Assembly (NCBI RefSeq): GCF_000195955.2
Contig: NC_000962.3
Span: forward strand, 1,230,001 to 1,262,000
Source of the DNA: Mycobacterium tuberculosis H37Rv
Lineage (GTDB): Bacteria > Actinomycetota > Actinomycetes > Mycobacteriales > Mycobacteriaceae
Reading direction: 5' to 3'
Length of the DNA: 32,000 nt
A program made the translations under genes and the position numbers. Positions 1-9,984 of this stretch are shown here, piece by piece (position 1 is the first letter of the stretch; the number at the start of each line of letters is the position of its first letter). The notes under the pieces are model-generated. The model ran no database searches. It saw nothing but the letters and a program-made list of their open reading frames with translations, and was not told where the DNA came from.

Positions 1-548
1 TTCTCGCGGTTCACCAAGAGCGCGACGAACACGTACACAAAGATGATGGCCGACGTGATGACACCGGCGAGGCTTCCGGCGGCGTCGCGCAGGAAGTGCA
101 GCAGCCATTCGCCGACGTTCTGTGCTACCGAAATCATCGCTTTGCGCAGTGCGTCCGCGGTAACCGTGATGTGCAGGAACGGCACCCGGTCAAACAAGCC
201 GTTGACGAATTGCAGGATCTTGTCGCCGAGGGTGCTCAGATCGGTCGTCCGCACCCAGTCGGCGACGGAGTCGACCATGCGAGCGATCTGCACGATCGCC
301 AGCCCCACCAAGGCTCCCACCGGCACGACGACGGCGGCCAGCGCCGACAACAACGTGCAGGCGGCCGACAGGCCGGTATTGAAGCGCTTGGTGAACCACT
401 TGAAAAGTGGCGTGAACAAATAGGCGCCGACGGCTGCCACCACGATCAGAACGAAATAGTTACGCAGGAAGTACGCACCGAACAGCAAAGCGATCAACGT
501 GAGGATCGCCAGGGCGCGCTTCTGAGTGAGCGTGAATTCGGTGTTCAA
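1..548 (-). CDS. AI-2E family (PerM-like) integral membrane transporter, 3' part cut by the window edge
   Basis: The minus strand reads LNTEFTLTQKRALAILTLIALLFGAYFLRNYFVLIVVAAVGAYLFTPLFKWFTKRFNTGLSAACTLLSALAAVVVPVGALVGLAIVQIARMVDSV..., with hydrophobic segments typical of the AI-2E/PerM family. The TTG start near 548 is tentative. Confidence 0.75.
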   Translation of the reverse strand, partial: MNTEFTLTQKRALAILTLIALLFGAYFLRNYFVLIVVAAVGAYLFTPLFKWFTKRFNTGLSAACTLLSALAAVVVPVGALVGLAIVQIARMVDSVADWVRTTDLSTLGDKILQFVNGLFDRVPFLHITVTADALRKAMISVAQNVGEWLLHFLRDAAGSLAGVITSAIIFVYVFVALLVNRE

Positions 549-659
549 AGCGGGTCCGCCCTTCGCTTCTTGGTGCTGACTCTGCGTCCAGCAGGCGGGT
601 TACTCGCACTATTGCGTGGTGGATGCAGAGTCAACGGATGTCGGTGCAGTGCTGTAGAC

Positions 660-971
660 CTATGCCACCACCCAATCGAGGTCGAACGCGTTGCCGATGG
701 CCTCGGCTAGAGCCGGCTCCTGCGACGCGAGCAGGTAGCCGATTTGACGACCAAGGTCACACACCGGGATCGTTTGGGTGTTGTCGCAGCTGACGACTGA
801 CGGTTGATTCAGCCCGTTCACCGCGTCTACCGGGACTTCGGTGGCTAGCCCACGCACGGTTGTCGTGATCGGGGCGACGGTGACGTTCGTGAGGTGCGGA
901 CGTACGACCTCGCGGGTAAGGATCAGGACGGGTCTAGCCTTGTCAAGCTGTGCGATGTGGATAGGTCGCAT
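660..971 (-). CDS. mazF3: Type II toxin MazF3 (PemK/MazF endoribonuclease)
   Basis: 103 aa, MRPIHIAQLDKARPVLILTREVVRPHLTNVTVAPITTTVRGLATEVPV..., the MazF/PemK pattern (RPVLIL, TVAPITTTVRGL). It directly follows the antitoxin, with TGATG stop/start overlap at 969-973. Confidence 0.92.
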   Translation of the reverse strand: MRPIHIAQLDKARPVLILTREVVRPHLTNVTVAPITTTVRGLATEVPVDAVNGLNQPSVVSCDNTQTIPVCDLGRQIGYLLASQEPALAEAIGNAFDLDWVVA

Positions 972-1207
972 CAGTCGATGTCGAGGGCGGTACGAGCGCA
1001 GTGGCCGGCCAGCGTATCCAGATCACCCGTGGCTGACGTGTTGGTGGCGAGGATCTCCGCGTCGCGTTCGGCGAGACGACGGCGGCGTTCCCGTTCCAGC
1101 GCCCGCAGCACGACAGCCGCACGGCTACGGGCATGCTGTCCCCGGACTTCGTCGTCGATGAACGCGACAATCTCATCGGGCAAGCGAACCGCAATCTGTG
1201 TACTCAC
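971..1207 (-). CDS. mazE3: Antitoxin MazE3 (ribbon-helix-helix)
   Basis: VSTQIAVRLPDEIVAFIDDEVRGQHARSRAAVVLRALERERRRRLAERD..., an RHH N-terminus with a toxin-binding tail. The ORF is open up to 1291 (106 aa), but the RHH domain begins at the GTG at 1207. Confidence 0.85.
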   Translation of the reverse strand: MSTQIAVRLPDEIVAFIDDEVRGQHARSRAAVVLRALERERRRRLAERDAEILATNTSATGDLDTLAGHCARTALDID

Positions 1208-1300
1208 TTCACAGATGGTACCAGTTTGGTATGCACCCGCCCCAAAACCGTTCGCGCCGCCGGCGAGGACGACCCCCCAGGGTAGGTACATTCCAGAAGT

Positions 1301-2826
1301 ATGGTCGTCGACAGCTGCGTGGCCGAATCCCGCTATGGTCCGGTCCGGGGCGCCGATGATGGCCGCGTCAAAGTGTGGAAAGGCATCCGGTATGCCGCGC
1401 CACCACTAGGTGACCTGAGGTTCCGGACGCCCGAACCTCCCGAACGGTGGACCGAGGTCGCCGACGCCACAACCTTCGGTCCGGCCTGCCCGCAGCCGGC
1501 CATCCCCAACATGCCGCTCGATTTAGGGGCGTCGCAGAGCGAGGACTGTTGGAGCCTGAACATTTGGGCGCCGGCGGACACCGAGCCCGGTGACGGAAAA
1601 CCCGTGATGGTGTGGCTGCACGGGGGCGCCTACATCCTGGGATCGGGCAGCCAGCCGCTCTATAACGGCCGCAGGTTGGCCGCCAGCGGCGACGTGGTCG
1701 TGGTGACGGTCAACTACCGGCTCGGAGCGCTTGGCTTCCTGGACTTGTCGTCGTTCAACACGTCACGGCGACGGTTCGACTCGAATATCGGCCTGCGTGA
1801 CGTGCTGGCCGTGCTGCGCTGGGTAGCAGACAACATCGCGGTGTTTGGCGGCGATCCCGAGAAGGTCACGCTGTTCGGTGAATCCGCGCGGGAATCGTCA
1901 CGACCCTGCTCGCCACCCCGGCGGCCGCGGGTCTGTTCGCGGCGGCGATCGCCCAGAGCTCACCGGCGACATCGGTCTACGACCAGGTGAGGGCTCGGCG
2001 CGTCGCGGTTTGCGTCCTCGACAAGCTGGGAATCGACCCGTCCGATGTGCACAGGTTCATGAAGTGCCGACCGCGGCAATCCTTTCCGCGTCCAGCGAAG
2101 TGTTCAACGAAGTGCCGGTTCGTAACCCCGGCACGCTGGCGTTCGTCCCGATCGTCGACGGCGATCTGCTGCCCGACTACCCGGTCAAGCTGGCGCAGGA
2201 GGGCCGCTCACACCCGGTTCCCTTGATCATCGGCACCAACAAGCACGAGTCGGCGCTCTTTCGGTTGATGCGCTCGCCGCTGATGCCGATCACCCCGCGC
2301 GATCACGTCGATGTTCACCCAGATTGCCGCCGAACAGCCCGATCTGCAAGTGCCAACCGAGGAGCAGATCGGCTCCGCGTACTCGCGATGGCGGCGCAAA
2401 GCACGCTCATTGAGTATGGCTACCGACGTCGGCTTCCGGATGCCGTCGGTGTGGCTCGCTGAAGGGCACAGCGGGGTGGCGCCGGTGTATCTGTATCGGT
2501 TTGACTACTCGACTCCGCTGCTGAAGCTGCTGCTGGTCCGGGCCGCCCATGCCACCGAATTGCCTTACGTCTGGGGCAATCTCGGAGGATCCCAGGACCC
2601 TGCATTGAAGTTGGGCGACGCCAAAGCCGCCATAGCGGTGTCCCGGAGGGTACGGACGCGGTGGATCAATTTCGCGACGCGGGGCAAACCCACGGGTCCC
2701 GATGGCGAGCCAGACTGGCCATGTTACGAGGAGGCCCATCGTGCCTGCCTGATTATCGGCAGGCGAGACGCCGTCGTGCACGACGTCGACGCACACATCC
2801 GAGCGACCTGGGGCAGCAAGTGGTGA
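1301..2826 (+). pseudogene. Carboxylesterase type B (para-nitrobenzyl esterase-like), disrupted by several frameshifts
   Basis: The homologous protein track moves between frames: 1301-~1890 (frame 2, ...GKPVMVWLHGGAYILGSG...VTLFGESA), ~1891-~2050 (frame 1, GIVTTLLATPAAAGLFAAAIAQSSPATSVYDQ), ~2050-~2300 (frame 3, VHEVPTAAILSASSEVFNEVPVRNPGTLAFVPIVDGDLLPDYPV...LIIGTNKHESALF), ~2311-2826 (frame 1, MFTQIAAEQPDLQVPTEEQIGSAYSRW...). Usually annotated as two short genes of 229 and 171 aa. Confidence 0.85.
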
Positions 2827-2843
2827 GTTTCAGATAATTCTGG

Positions 2844-3956
2844 CTACGGCTTGACTGTGGCGGCCGTTTTTTCCGCCCGGGCCTCGTTCTTCATCTGCTC
2901 AAACAGACTCACGTAGTACGGCAGGCATTCGGTCAGCGCCTGCTGGGTGGTGAACAGCGGCTCATAGCCCAGGTCGCGGCGTGCCTTAGCGATCGAAAAG
3001 TAGTTGTCCAGGTACAGTCGTTCGACGGCCAGCGGCTCGAGCAGCGGCGCGGGGAATCCGAACCGGAAGTGCAGCCGCTGCCACCCCGTCATTACCCAGC
3101 GGACCGCGGGGCCGGAAATCCGCATCTTCGGCCAGCGCTGCCCGCACGCCTCGAGCACCGGCCGAGCGAACTCGAACATATTGATCGGCTCTGCGTCGTT
3201 GATGAAGTAAGCCTGCCCGGGCGCTGTGCCGTCCGGCACCAGATGGGCAGCGGCCAAGATGAAACCGTGAATCAGGTTGTGCACGTAAGAGTTATCCAGC
3301 CGGGCCGACTTGCGCCCGACCAGCACCTTGACGTGGCCCTTGAGCACACTTTCGAACAGCTTGCGGAACATCGTCTGATCGCCGTTTCCCCAGATGCCGC
3401 TGGGCCGGATCGCGCACGTCAGCATGCCGTCGACACCGTTCTGGGCCAACACGAATCGCTCGGCAACCACCTTGGTCTCGGTGTAGAGGTCGTTGAACCG
3501 GTCGGTATAGGGCAGCGTCTCGTCACCGCCGGCGATGTTCTGGCCGCCCATCACCACACTGTTGGATGACGTGTAGACGAACCGCTGCACCCCGGCCCGC
3601 TGGCCGGCGTGCAGCAGGTTCTCGGTGCCGCCGACGTTGACCGCAAAGCTACGTTGGCGGTACTCGTCGGTGACCGACGCGCCGCCCATCAGCTCGATGA
3701 TCGCTGCGGTGTGGAAGATCGTGTCGATGCCGTCCACGGCCGCGGCGCAGACGTCCGCGTCGGTGATGTCCCCTTGCAGCACCTCCAGTTGCGGATGCGC
3801 AGGCAACAGCGACGGCGCGCGGTCGAAGGAACGCACCCAGTGCCCGCGGTCCAGCAAGGTGGTCACCAGGTTGGCGCCCACGAAGCCCGCGCCGCCGGTG
3901 ACCAGAACGCGGCCGAGCTCGGTTGTCAGCGATGCATCACCCATGCGGCGAAGCAT
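2844..3956 (-). CDS. 3-beta-hydroxysteroid dehydrogenase/isomerase-like NAD(P)-dependent reductase (SDR superfamily)
   Basis: 370 aa, GRVLVTGGAGFVGANLVTTLLDRGHWVRSFDR (Rossmann), VDTIFHTAA, YTSSNSVVMGG, YTETKVVAE. Matches the M. tuberculosis 3-beta-HSD Rv1106c. Confidence 0.9.
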   Translation of the reverse strand: MLRRMGDASLTTELGRVLVTGGAGFVGANLVTTLLDRGHWVRSFDRAPSLLPAHPQLEVLQGDITDADVCAAAVDGIDTIFHTAAIIELMGGASVTDEYRQRSFAVNVGGTENLLHAGQRAGVQRFVYTSSNSVVMGGQNIAGGDETLPYTDRFNDLYTETKVVAERFVLAQNGVDGMLTCAIRPSGIWGNGDQTMFRKLFESVLKGHVKVLVGRKSARLDNSYVHNLIHGFILAAAHLVPDGTAPGQAYFINDAEPINMFEFARPVLEACGQRWPKMRISGPAVRWVMTGWQRLHFRFGFPAPLLEPLAVERLYLDNYFSIAKARRDLGYEPLFTTQQALTECLPYYVSLFEQMKNEARAEKTAATVKP

Positions 3957-3965
3957 AACCTTGCC

Positions 3966-4223
3966 TTAGCCGTTTTGGGCCTCGTCGCCGGCCAGCACAT
4001 CGGACACCCGCTGGCGTGCACCAGCTAAGTGCTCCTCGCACCTTTTGGCGAGTTGCTCCCCTCTTTCCCACAGTCGCAGCGACGCATCGAGGTCCAATCC
4101 GCCCTGCTCCAGAAGCCGCACGACTTCCATCAGCTCGTCCCGGCAGGCTTCATAGCCAAGCTGACTGACAGGCACAGTTGCGTGGGTTCTGCCCGTGTCA
4201 TCGCCGTTGGGGTCACAGACCAT
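3966..4223 (-). CDS. xseB: Exodeoxyribonuclease VII small subunit
   Basis: 85 aa from MVCDPNG...; [45 protein letters not shown] is the XseB signature. Adjacent to xseA. Confidence 0.93.
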
Positions 4224-5460
4224 TGGTTTGTCCTTCACTGACCGCCGCTAGGGCTCCGTCGGCAACCCGCACGCGCAGCTTGGTGCCTTCCGGTGCGTCG
4301 TGGACCGACCGCAGCACCTGTGGTTCGGATCCGCCCTCGGGTCCCGTCTGAGCAACGGTCTGCACTATGGCATAGCCGCGGGCGAGCGTGGCGGCCGGAC
4401 CCAGCGTGGCCAGGCGTGCGGCCAGATGACCGATGCGTTCGGTCTCGGCGGCGACCATCAGGGTGAGGTTGCGACGAAGCGTCGAGCGGGCTCGGTGGAC
4501 CTCCTCGGCGCGCACGCTGACCATCGTCATCGGATCGGCCAGCACCGGGCGGCTACGCAACTGCGCGACTGCCCGTTGCTCGCGGGAAACCCAGTTGCGC
4601 AACGCCTGGGCGCTGCGCCGGCGCAGATCGTCGATCAGCCGCTGCTCGGCTGCGGTGTCGGGAACCACTTTCTTGGCGGCGTCGGTGGGGGTGGCGGCGC
4701 GCAGGTCGACGACCAGATCGCACAGCGGATTGTCGGGTTCGTGACCGACGGCGCTGACCACGGGCGTACGGCAGGCCGCGATCGCGCGGCACAACGTCTC
4801 GTCAGAAAACGGCAGCAGGTCCTCGACGGAGCCGCCGCCCCGGGCCAGCACGATCACGTCGACGTCCGGGTCTCGATCGAGCTCGCGCAGCGCCTCGACG
4901 ATCTGGCCGACGGCGTTGGGGCCCTGCACGGCGACGTTGCGGACGGCGAAACGTGCCGCTGGCCAGCGCGCCGAGGCCACCGTCGTAACGTCACGTTCGG
5001 CGGCACTCGCACGGCCGGTGATCAGACCGATCATGTTGGGCAGGTACGGGATCGGCCGCTTGAGGCGGGGGTCGAAGAGCCCCTCGGCGTCCAGCAGCCG
5101 GCGCAGCCGGTCGATGCGTGCCAGCAGCTCGCCGATGCCGACAGCGCGAATCTCGCTGAGCCGCAAGGAGAATGTGCCACGTCCGGTGTAGAACGAGGGC
5201 TTGCCGCAGACCACTACCTGAACGCCTTCGGCCAGCTTCACCGGCGCGGACAGCACCAGGTCGCGGGAACACGTCACGGTCAGCGACATGTCGGCCGCAG
5301 GATCGCGCAATACCATGAACACCGTCTTGGCGTCTGGGCGCATTGTGATCTGGGCCAATTGCCCCTCCACCCAGACCGCGCCCAGCTTGTCGATCCAGCC
5401 CGCGACCCGGATTGCCACCGCGCGAACCGGGAACGGATTCTCCGCTGAATTCTGGGTCAC
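4213..5460 (-). CDS. xseA: Exodeoxyribonuclease VII large subunit
   Basis: The conserved protein starts at the GTG at 5460 ([39 protein letters not shown]...). Contains [35 protein letters not shown] and [11 protein letters not shown]. The longer 553-aa ORF runs into the upstream gene. Confidence 0.93.
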
Positions 5461-6095
5461 TTCGCAGTCGCGCGGGTGATCCTGTTGGCGAGCAGCGTCT
5501 GGAACGGGGCACGGGCCTTGGTGGCCTGCTCGTAGGCCAGCAGGGCCTCGAGCTCGGGGACATCGAGCGTGTGCAGCCTGGCCCGCAGCTGGGCCAGCGT
5601 CAGCGCCGGATAGTCGAGTTCGGCTGCCACCGCAGGCGTCGGAACTGTCGGCTTGGCCGCCGACTTGGGGTGCTTGGCGGTTTTGGGATTGGTCGAGCGA
5701 TCCGCACTCCTGGATGCTGTCGTCGTTTCCGGCGTATCGGATACCGAGTACAACGCGAACCGCCCGTCGGACCGGCGATCGTCGTTCTTGGCTTCGCTGG
5801 CATCCGACAAGCCGAGCAATGGAATCGAAGTCCCTTCGAGCGCGTCGGGCAAGTCCTCGTCGAATGTTGCCCACTCCGGCTTCTCGTCCTTGGGCGGAAA
5901 CAGCGTCTCCAGGGTGTTGTCGCCCTTGATCACCAGTTCGGCCAGGCCCTGTTGGAATCGCATCACCACGTGCGCCGCCTGGCTGGCCAGGGTCATTGGG
6001 TACATCAGGATGGTTCGTGGCAGCTTCATCGTCTCCTCAACGGCGACTGTCGCCGCGCCGACCAATAGCCGAACCCCATACGGTGCAGTAGCCAT
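5457..6095 (-). CDS. Lipid-droplet-associated-like hypothetical protein
   Basis: 212 aa; the core [59 protein letters not shown] resembles actinobacterial lipid-droplet-associated proteins. Family assignment is from memory, and the true start may be the internal MKLP. Confidence 0.6.
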
Positions 6096-6157
6096 GGATC
6101 CAAGACTGCCTCAAGCAGCGGCTAACTCCAAGCCGGTGGCCGTGAGCTGGCGGGTTC

Positions 6158-7192
6158 GTGTCGGCCCAAAGTACCCTGAATGCCATGGTTCCGACGGTCG
6201 ACATGGGGATTCCCGGGGCTTCGGTATCGTCGCGATCGGTGGCCGACCGTCCCAACCGTAAGCGGGTGCTGCTGGCCGAGCCGCGTGGCTACTGCGCTGG
6301 CGTGGATCGGGCCGTCGAAACGGTCGAACGCGCGCTTCAAAAACACGGCCCGCCTGTCTACGTGCGTCACGAGATCGTGCATAACCGCCACGTGGTTGAC
6401 ACCCTGGCTAAGGCCGGTGCGGTTTTCGTCGAAGAGACCGAGCAGGTTCCCGAGGGAGCGATTGTGGTGTTCTCCGCGCACGGGGTCGCGCCTACGGTGC
6501 ACGTCAGCGCCAGCGAGCGCAACCTGCAGGTCATTGACGCCACCTGCCCGCTGGTCACCAAGGTGCACAACGAGGCCAGGCGGTTCGCCCGGGACGACTA
6601 CGACATCTTGCTGATCGGTCATGAGGGCCACGAGGAAGTCGTCGGTACTGCTGGGGAAGCTCCCGATCATGTGCAGCTGGTCGACGGGGTGGACGCCGTC
6701 GACCAGGTGACCGTCCGTGACGAGGACAAAGTGGTTTGGCTGTCGCAGACCACCCTGTCCGTCGATGAGACCATGGAGATTGTCGGGCGGTTGCGTCGGC
6801 GTTTCCCCAAGCTGCAGGATCCGCCCAGCGACGACATCTGCTATGCGACCCAGAATCGGCAGGTCGCGGTCAAGGCGATGGCGCCCGAGTGCGAGCTGGT
6901 CATCGTGGTCGGCTCGCGCAATTCGTCGAATTCGGTTCGGCTGGTCGAGGTGGCGCTGGGTGCCGGGGCGCGGGCCGCCCACCTGGTGGACTGGGCCGAC
7001 GATATCGACTCGGCCTGGCTGGACGGCGTTACCACGGTCGGCGTTACGTCGGGGGCATCGGTCCCCGAGGTGCTGGTGCGCGGTGTGCTGGAGCGGCTGG
7101 CCGAATGCGGCTACGACATCGTGCAACCGGTGACAACGGCCAACGAGACGTTGGTGTTCGCATTGCCCCGGGAGCTCCGCTCACCTCGCTGA
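6158..7192 (+). CDS. ispH: 4-hydroxy-3-methylbut-2-enyl diphosphate reductase (IspH/LytB)
   Basis: [72 protein letters not shown]. Likely start at 6185 (MVPTVDMG, 335 aa). Corresponds to lytB2. Confidence 0.96.
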   Translation: MSAQSTLNAMVPTVDMGIPGASVSSRSVADRPNRKRVLLAEPRGYCAGVDRAVETVERALQKHGPPVYVRHEIVHNRHVVDTLAKAGAVFVEETEQVPEGAIVVFSAHGVAPTVHVSASERNLQVIDATCPLVTKVHNEARRFARDDYDILLIGHEGHEEVVGTAGEAPDHVQLVDGVDAVDQVTVRDEDKVVWLSQTTLSVDETMEIVGRLRRRFPKLQDPPSDDICYATQNRQVAVKAMAPECELVIVVGSRNSSNSVRLVEVALGAGARAAHLVDWADDIDSAWLDGVTTVGVTSGASVPEVLVRGVLERLAECGYDIVQPVTTANETLVFALPRELRSPR

Positions 7193-7208
7193 GCACATCC
7201 GCTCACGG

Positions 7209-8192
7209 TTAGACGTCGTATTCCCAGGATTCAGCCGGTGGTCTGCGCGGTGCCCGCGAACGATCCCGCCGATCGAACCGCTGCTCCTCGCGGTAGTTGT
7301 CCCGCCGCGCGTCGCGAGTAGCTGACCCGCGGTAGCGGACCTGCGAGATCGGATGGTGTGTCGGGTTGGTTGGCTCGCTGGGACGGGCGCGTCGGCGTTG
7401 GGGCTCGTAGGTGGGCTCGTAGCGCGCATAGGGCTGGTATCGAGCACCCCGACGTTCGTACCGGTTGACGGGCTCGGCAGGCCCGGAGGGTTCGGACGGC
7501 TGGTAGCTGCGGTAAGAATCGAAGCGGCTGCTGCGCGGTGCCGGCCGTTCGTGGGCATTGCGGCGCGGGTGCGGATCATTCTGCGGCCTAGGGCGGCGGC
7601 GCGATCGACGCTCGGCTATGGGTTCGCGGTTGTCCTCCGACGGGGGTCGGGCGTGTCGGGAACGAGTACGGGCAGGCCGCTGGGCCGACCGCCGGCCGCC
7701 GTCGTCGTCCGAATCGCCGGTCATCAGCGAGCTGAGCTTCCTGGCGATGCTGTCGAACAGAGCCGTCCCGAGATACCACCTGACCAGTCCGATCAGCAGC
7801 ACGCCGGCAGCCGTGCCCAGCATCAGCGGGAAACGTTCGATGAGCGAGTAGCCGCAGTTGATCAAGAGGTCTTTGAACTTGCCGATCGTGCCCCCGTGGA
7901 ACAGCCAGTAGGCCCCGGGCACGGCGCAGAAAAGTATCAGTGGCGGCTGGACGAGCGCGGTGAACAGGTCCGACTGCCGGACGGCCAGGACCGCCCCCAC
8001 GCAGCCGGCGATATAGCAGCCGGTAAAGACGAGGGTTAGCGCCTTGTGGCCCGATCCGGCGTCGATTGCATACCCGATCGCCGTCGCGGTGACGGCGATC
8101 AGGATGGCAGCCCACCACGGCACACCTGGGATGTGGGGGTGAATCGAGCGGTGACTTGCCTGTACCGCCGACCTCGCCCGCTGCGCTGACAC
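7209..8192 (-). CDS. Membrane protein (DUF6542-like) with a long Arg/Pro/Tyr-rich C-terminal tail
   Basis: 327 aa from the GTG at 8192 (VSAQRARSAVQASHRSIHPHIPGVPWWAAILIAVTATAIGYAIDAG...). Several hydrophobic helices are followed by a low-complexity basic tail. Confidence 0.75.
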   Translation of the reverse strand: MSAQRARSAVQASHRSIHPHIPGVPWWAAILIAVTATAIGYAIDAGSGHKALTLVFTGCYIAGCVGAVLAVRQSDLFTALVQPPLILFCAVPGAYWLFHGGTIGKFKDLLINCGYSLIERFPLMLGTAAGVLLIGLVRWYLGTALFDSIARKLSSLMTGDSDDDGGRRSAQRPARTRSRHARPPSEDNREPIAERRSRRRPRPQNDPHPRRNAHERPAPRSSRFDSYRSYQPSEPSGPAEPVNRYERRGARYQPYARYEPTYEPQRRRARPSEPTNPTHHPISQVRYRGSATRDARRDNYREEQRFDRRDRSRAPRRPPAESWEYDV

Positions 8193-8254
8193 ACGTCGAC
8201 CGTACCGGCAATGGCGCCGAAGGCGGCACCGCCTCGCCTTAAACTTGGCTCTCT

Positions 8255-9328
8255 GTGAGCTTGAGCCTGGGGATCGTGGGCCTGCCCAACGTCGGCAAGT
8301 CGACACTTTTCAACGCGCTGACCCGAAACAACGTGGTCGCGGCCAACTACCCGTTCGCGACGATCGAACCGAACGAAGGTGTCGTCTCCCTGCCCGATCC
8401 CCGCCTGGACAAGCTTGCTGAGCTTTTCGGATCGCAGCGAGTCGTACCCGCGCCGGTCACCTTCGTGGATATCGCCGGCCTGGTCAAGGGGGCGTCCGAG
8501 GGAGCCGGGCTGGGTAACAAGTTCCTGGCTCATATCCGCGAATGCGACGCCATTTGTCAGGTGGTGCGGGTGTTCGTCGACGACGACGTGACTCATGTCA
8601 CCGGACGGGTCGATCCCCAGTCCGACATTGAGGTCGTCGAGACCGAGCTGATCCTGGCAGATCTGCAAACCCTGGAGCGGGCCACGGGCCGGCTGGAGAA
8701 GGAAGCGCGCACCAACAAGGCGCGCAAGCCGGTCTACGACGCGGCACTGCGTGCCCAGCAGGTGCTCGACGCCGGCAAGACGCTGTTCGCCGCGGGGGTG
8801 GATGCCGCCGCGTTGCGCGAGCTGAACCTGCTGACCACCAAGCCCTTCCTGTATGTGTTCAACGCCGACGAGGCGGTGCTCACCGACCCGGCGCGAGTCG
8901 GTGAGCTGCGCGCGTTGGTGGCGCCCGCCGATGCGGTGTTCCTGGACGCCGCCATCGAGTCGGAGTTGACCGAACTGGACGACGAGTCGGCCGCGGAGCT
9001 GCTGGAGTCCATCGGGCAGAGCGAGCGCGGGCTGGACGCGCTGGCCCGGGCGGGTTTTCACACCCTGAAGTTGCAGACCTTTTTGACCGCGGGCCCCAAG
9101 GAAGCGCGGGCGTGGACCATCCATCAAGGCGACACCGCGCCGAAGGCGGCCGGGGTGATCCACAGCGACTTCGAGAAGGGTTTCATCAAGGCCGAGATCG
9201 TGTCCTACGACGACCTGGTGGCCGCGGGTTCGATGGCGGCGGCCAAGGCGGCCGGCAAGGTCCGGATCGAAGGCAAGGACTACGTGATGGCCGACGGTGA
9301 CGTAGTGGAGTTCCGATTCAACGTGTAG
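8255..9328 (+). CDS. ychF: Redox-regulated ATPase/GTP-binding protein YchF (Obg family)
   Basis: 357 aa, MSLSLGIVGLPNVGKSTLFNALTRNNVVAANYPFATIEPN...FVDIAGLVKGASEGAGLGNKFLAHIRECDAICQVVRVF. Confidence 0.97.
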   Translation: MSLSLGIVGLPNVGKSTLFNALTRNNVVAANYPFATIEPNEGVVSLPDPRLDKLAELFGSQRVVPAPVTFVDIAGLVKGASEGAGLGNKFLAHIRECDAICQVVRVFVDDDVTHVTGRVDPQSDIEVVETELILADLQTLERATGRLEKEARTNKARKPVYDAALRAQQVLDAGKTLFAAGVDAAALRELNLLTTKPFLYVFNADEAVLTDPARVGELRALVAPADAVFLDAAIESELTELDDESAAELLESIGQSERGLDALARAGFHTLKLQTFLTAGPKEARAWTIHQGDTAPKAAGVIHSDFEKGFIKAEIVSYDDLVAAGSMAAAKAAGKVRIEGKDYVMADGDVVEFRFNV

Positions 9329-9415
9329 GCGGGAAAGCCGGGACGCAGCCAGAGCCCAGATCCCATGGCATCATTGCTTGCATCGAGTGATGCATGTATT
9401 GATGGGAGTTGGTGA

Positions 9416-9613
9416 ATGAGGACGACGGTGACCGTTGACGACGCCTTGTTAGCCAAAGCGGCCGAATTGACTGGGGTGAAAGAGAAGTCGACGCTCCTGC
9501 GCGAGGGGTTGCAGACACTGGTCCGGGTGGAGAGCGCCCGGCGGTTGGCGGCTCTCGGCGGCACCGACCCGCAAGCTACCGCGGCGCCGAGACGCCGGAC
9601 GTCGCCCCGGTGA
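9416..9613 (+). CDS. vapB32: Antitoxin VapB32 (type II TA)
   Basis: 65 aa MRTTVTVDDALLAKAAELTGVKEKSTLLREGLQTLVRVESARRLAALGG, VapB family. Overlaps vapC by 4 nt (GTGA at 9610-9613). Confidence 0.93.
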   Translation: MRTTVTVDDALLAKAAELTGVKEKSTLLREGLQTLVRVESARRLAALGGTDPQATAAPRRRTSPR

Positions 9614-9984
9614 TCCTGGTCGACACTTCGGTATGGATTGAGCACCTGCGCGCCGCCGACGCGCGACTCGTCGAGCTGCTGGGCGATGACGAGGCCGGTT
9701 GCCATCCGCTCGTCATCGAGGAGCTGGCGCTTGGCTCGATCAAGCAGCGAGACGTTGTTCTCGATCTGTTGGCCAACCTCTACCAGTTTCCGGTGGTGAC
9801 CCACGACGAAGTGTTGCGGCTTGTCGGTCGGCGGCGGTTGTGGGGTCGGGGACTCGGTGCCGTCGATGCCAACCTTCTTGGTTCGGTGGCTCTGGTTGGC
9901 GGCGCGCGACTATGGACGCGGGACAAGCGGTTGAAGGCGGCGTGCGCGGAAAGCGGTGTTGCGCTGGCTGAGGAAGTGTCCTGA
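9610..9984 (+). CDS. vapC32: Toxin VapC32 (PIN-domain ribonuclease)
   Basis: 124 aa; MILVDTSVWIEHLR, ELALG and WTRDKRLKAA are PIN-domain acidic motifs. Confidence 0.95.
   Translation: MILVDTSVWIEHLRAADARLVELLGDDEAGCHPLVIEELALGSIKQRDVVLDLLANLYQFPVVTHDEVLRLVGRRRLWGRGLGAVDANLLGSVALVGGARLWTRDKRLKAACAESGVALAEEVS

Noticed and set aside
4300-5448. 382-aa plus-strand ORF antisense to xseA
   Set aside because: The minus frame encodes unambiguous XseA motifs; this is a high-GC shadow ORF with low-complexity G/R/H/Q composition.
6122-7126. 334-aa minus-strand ORF over ispH
   Set aside because: Shadow ORF. IspH motifs are all on the plus strand.
7180-7210. Short inverted repeat TGAGC...GCTCA between ispH and the next gene
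   Set aside because: Only a 5-bp stem and no U-tract; too weak to call as a terminator.
8099-9163. 354-aa minus-strand ORF over ychF
   Set aside because: Shadow of a highly conserved GTPase gene, with no domain-like pattern.
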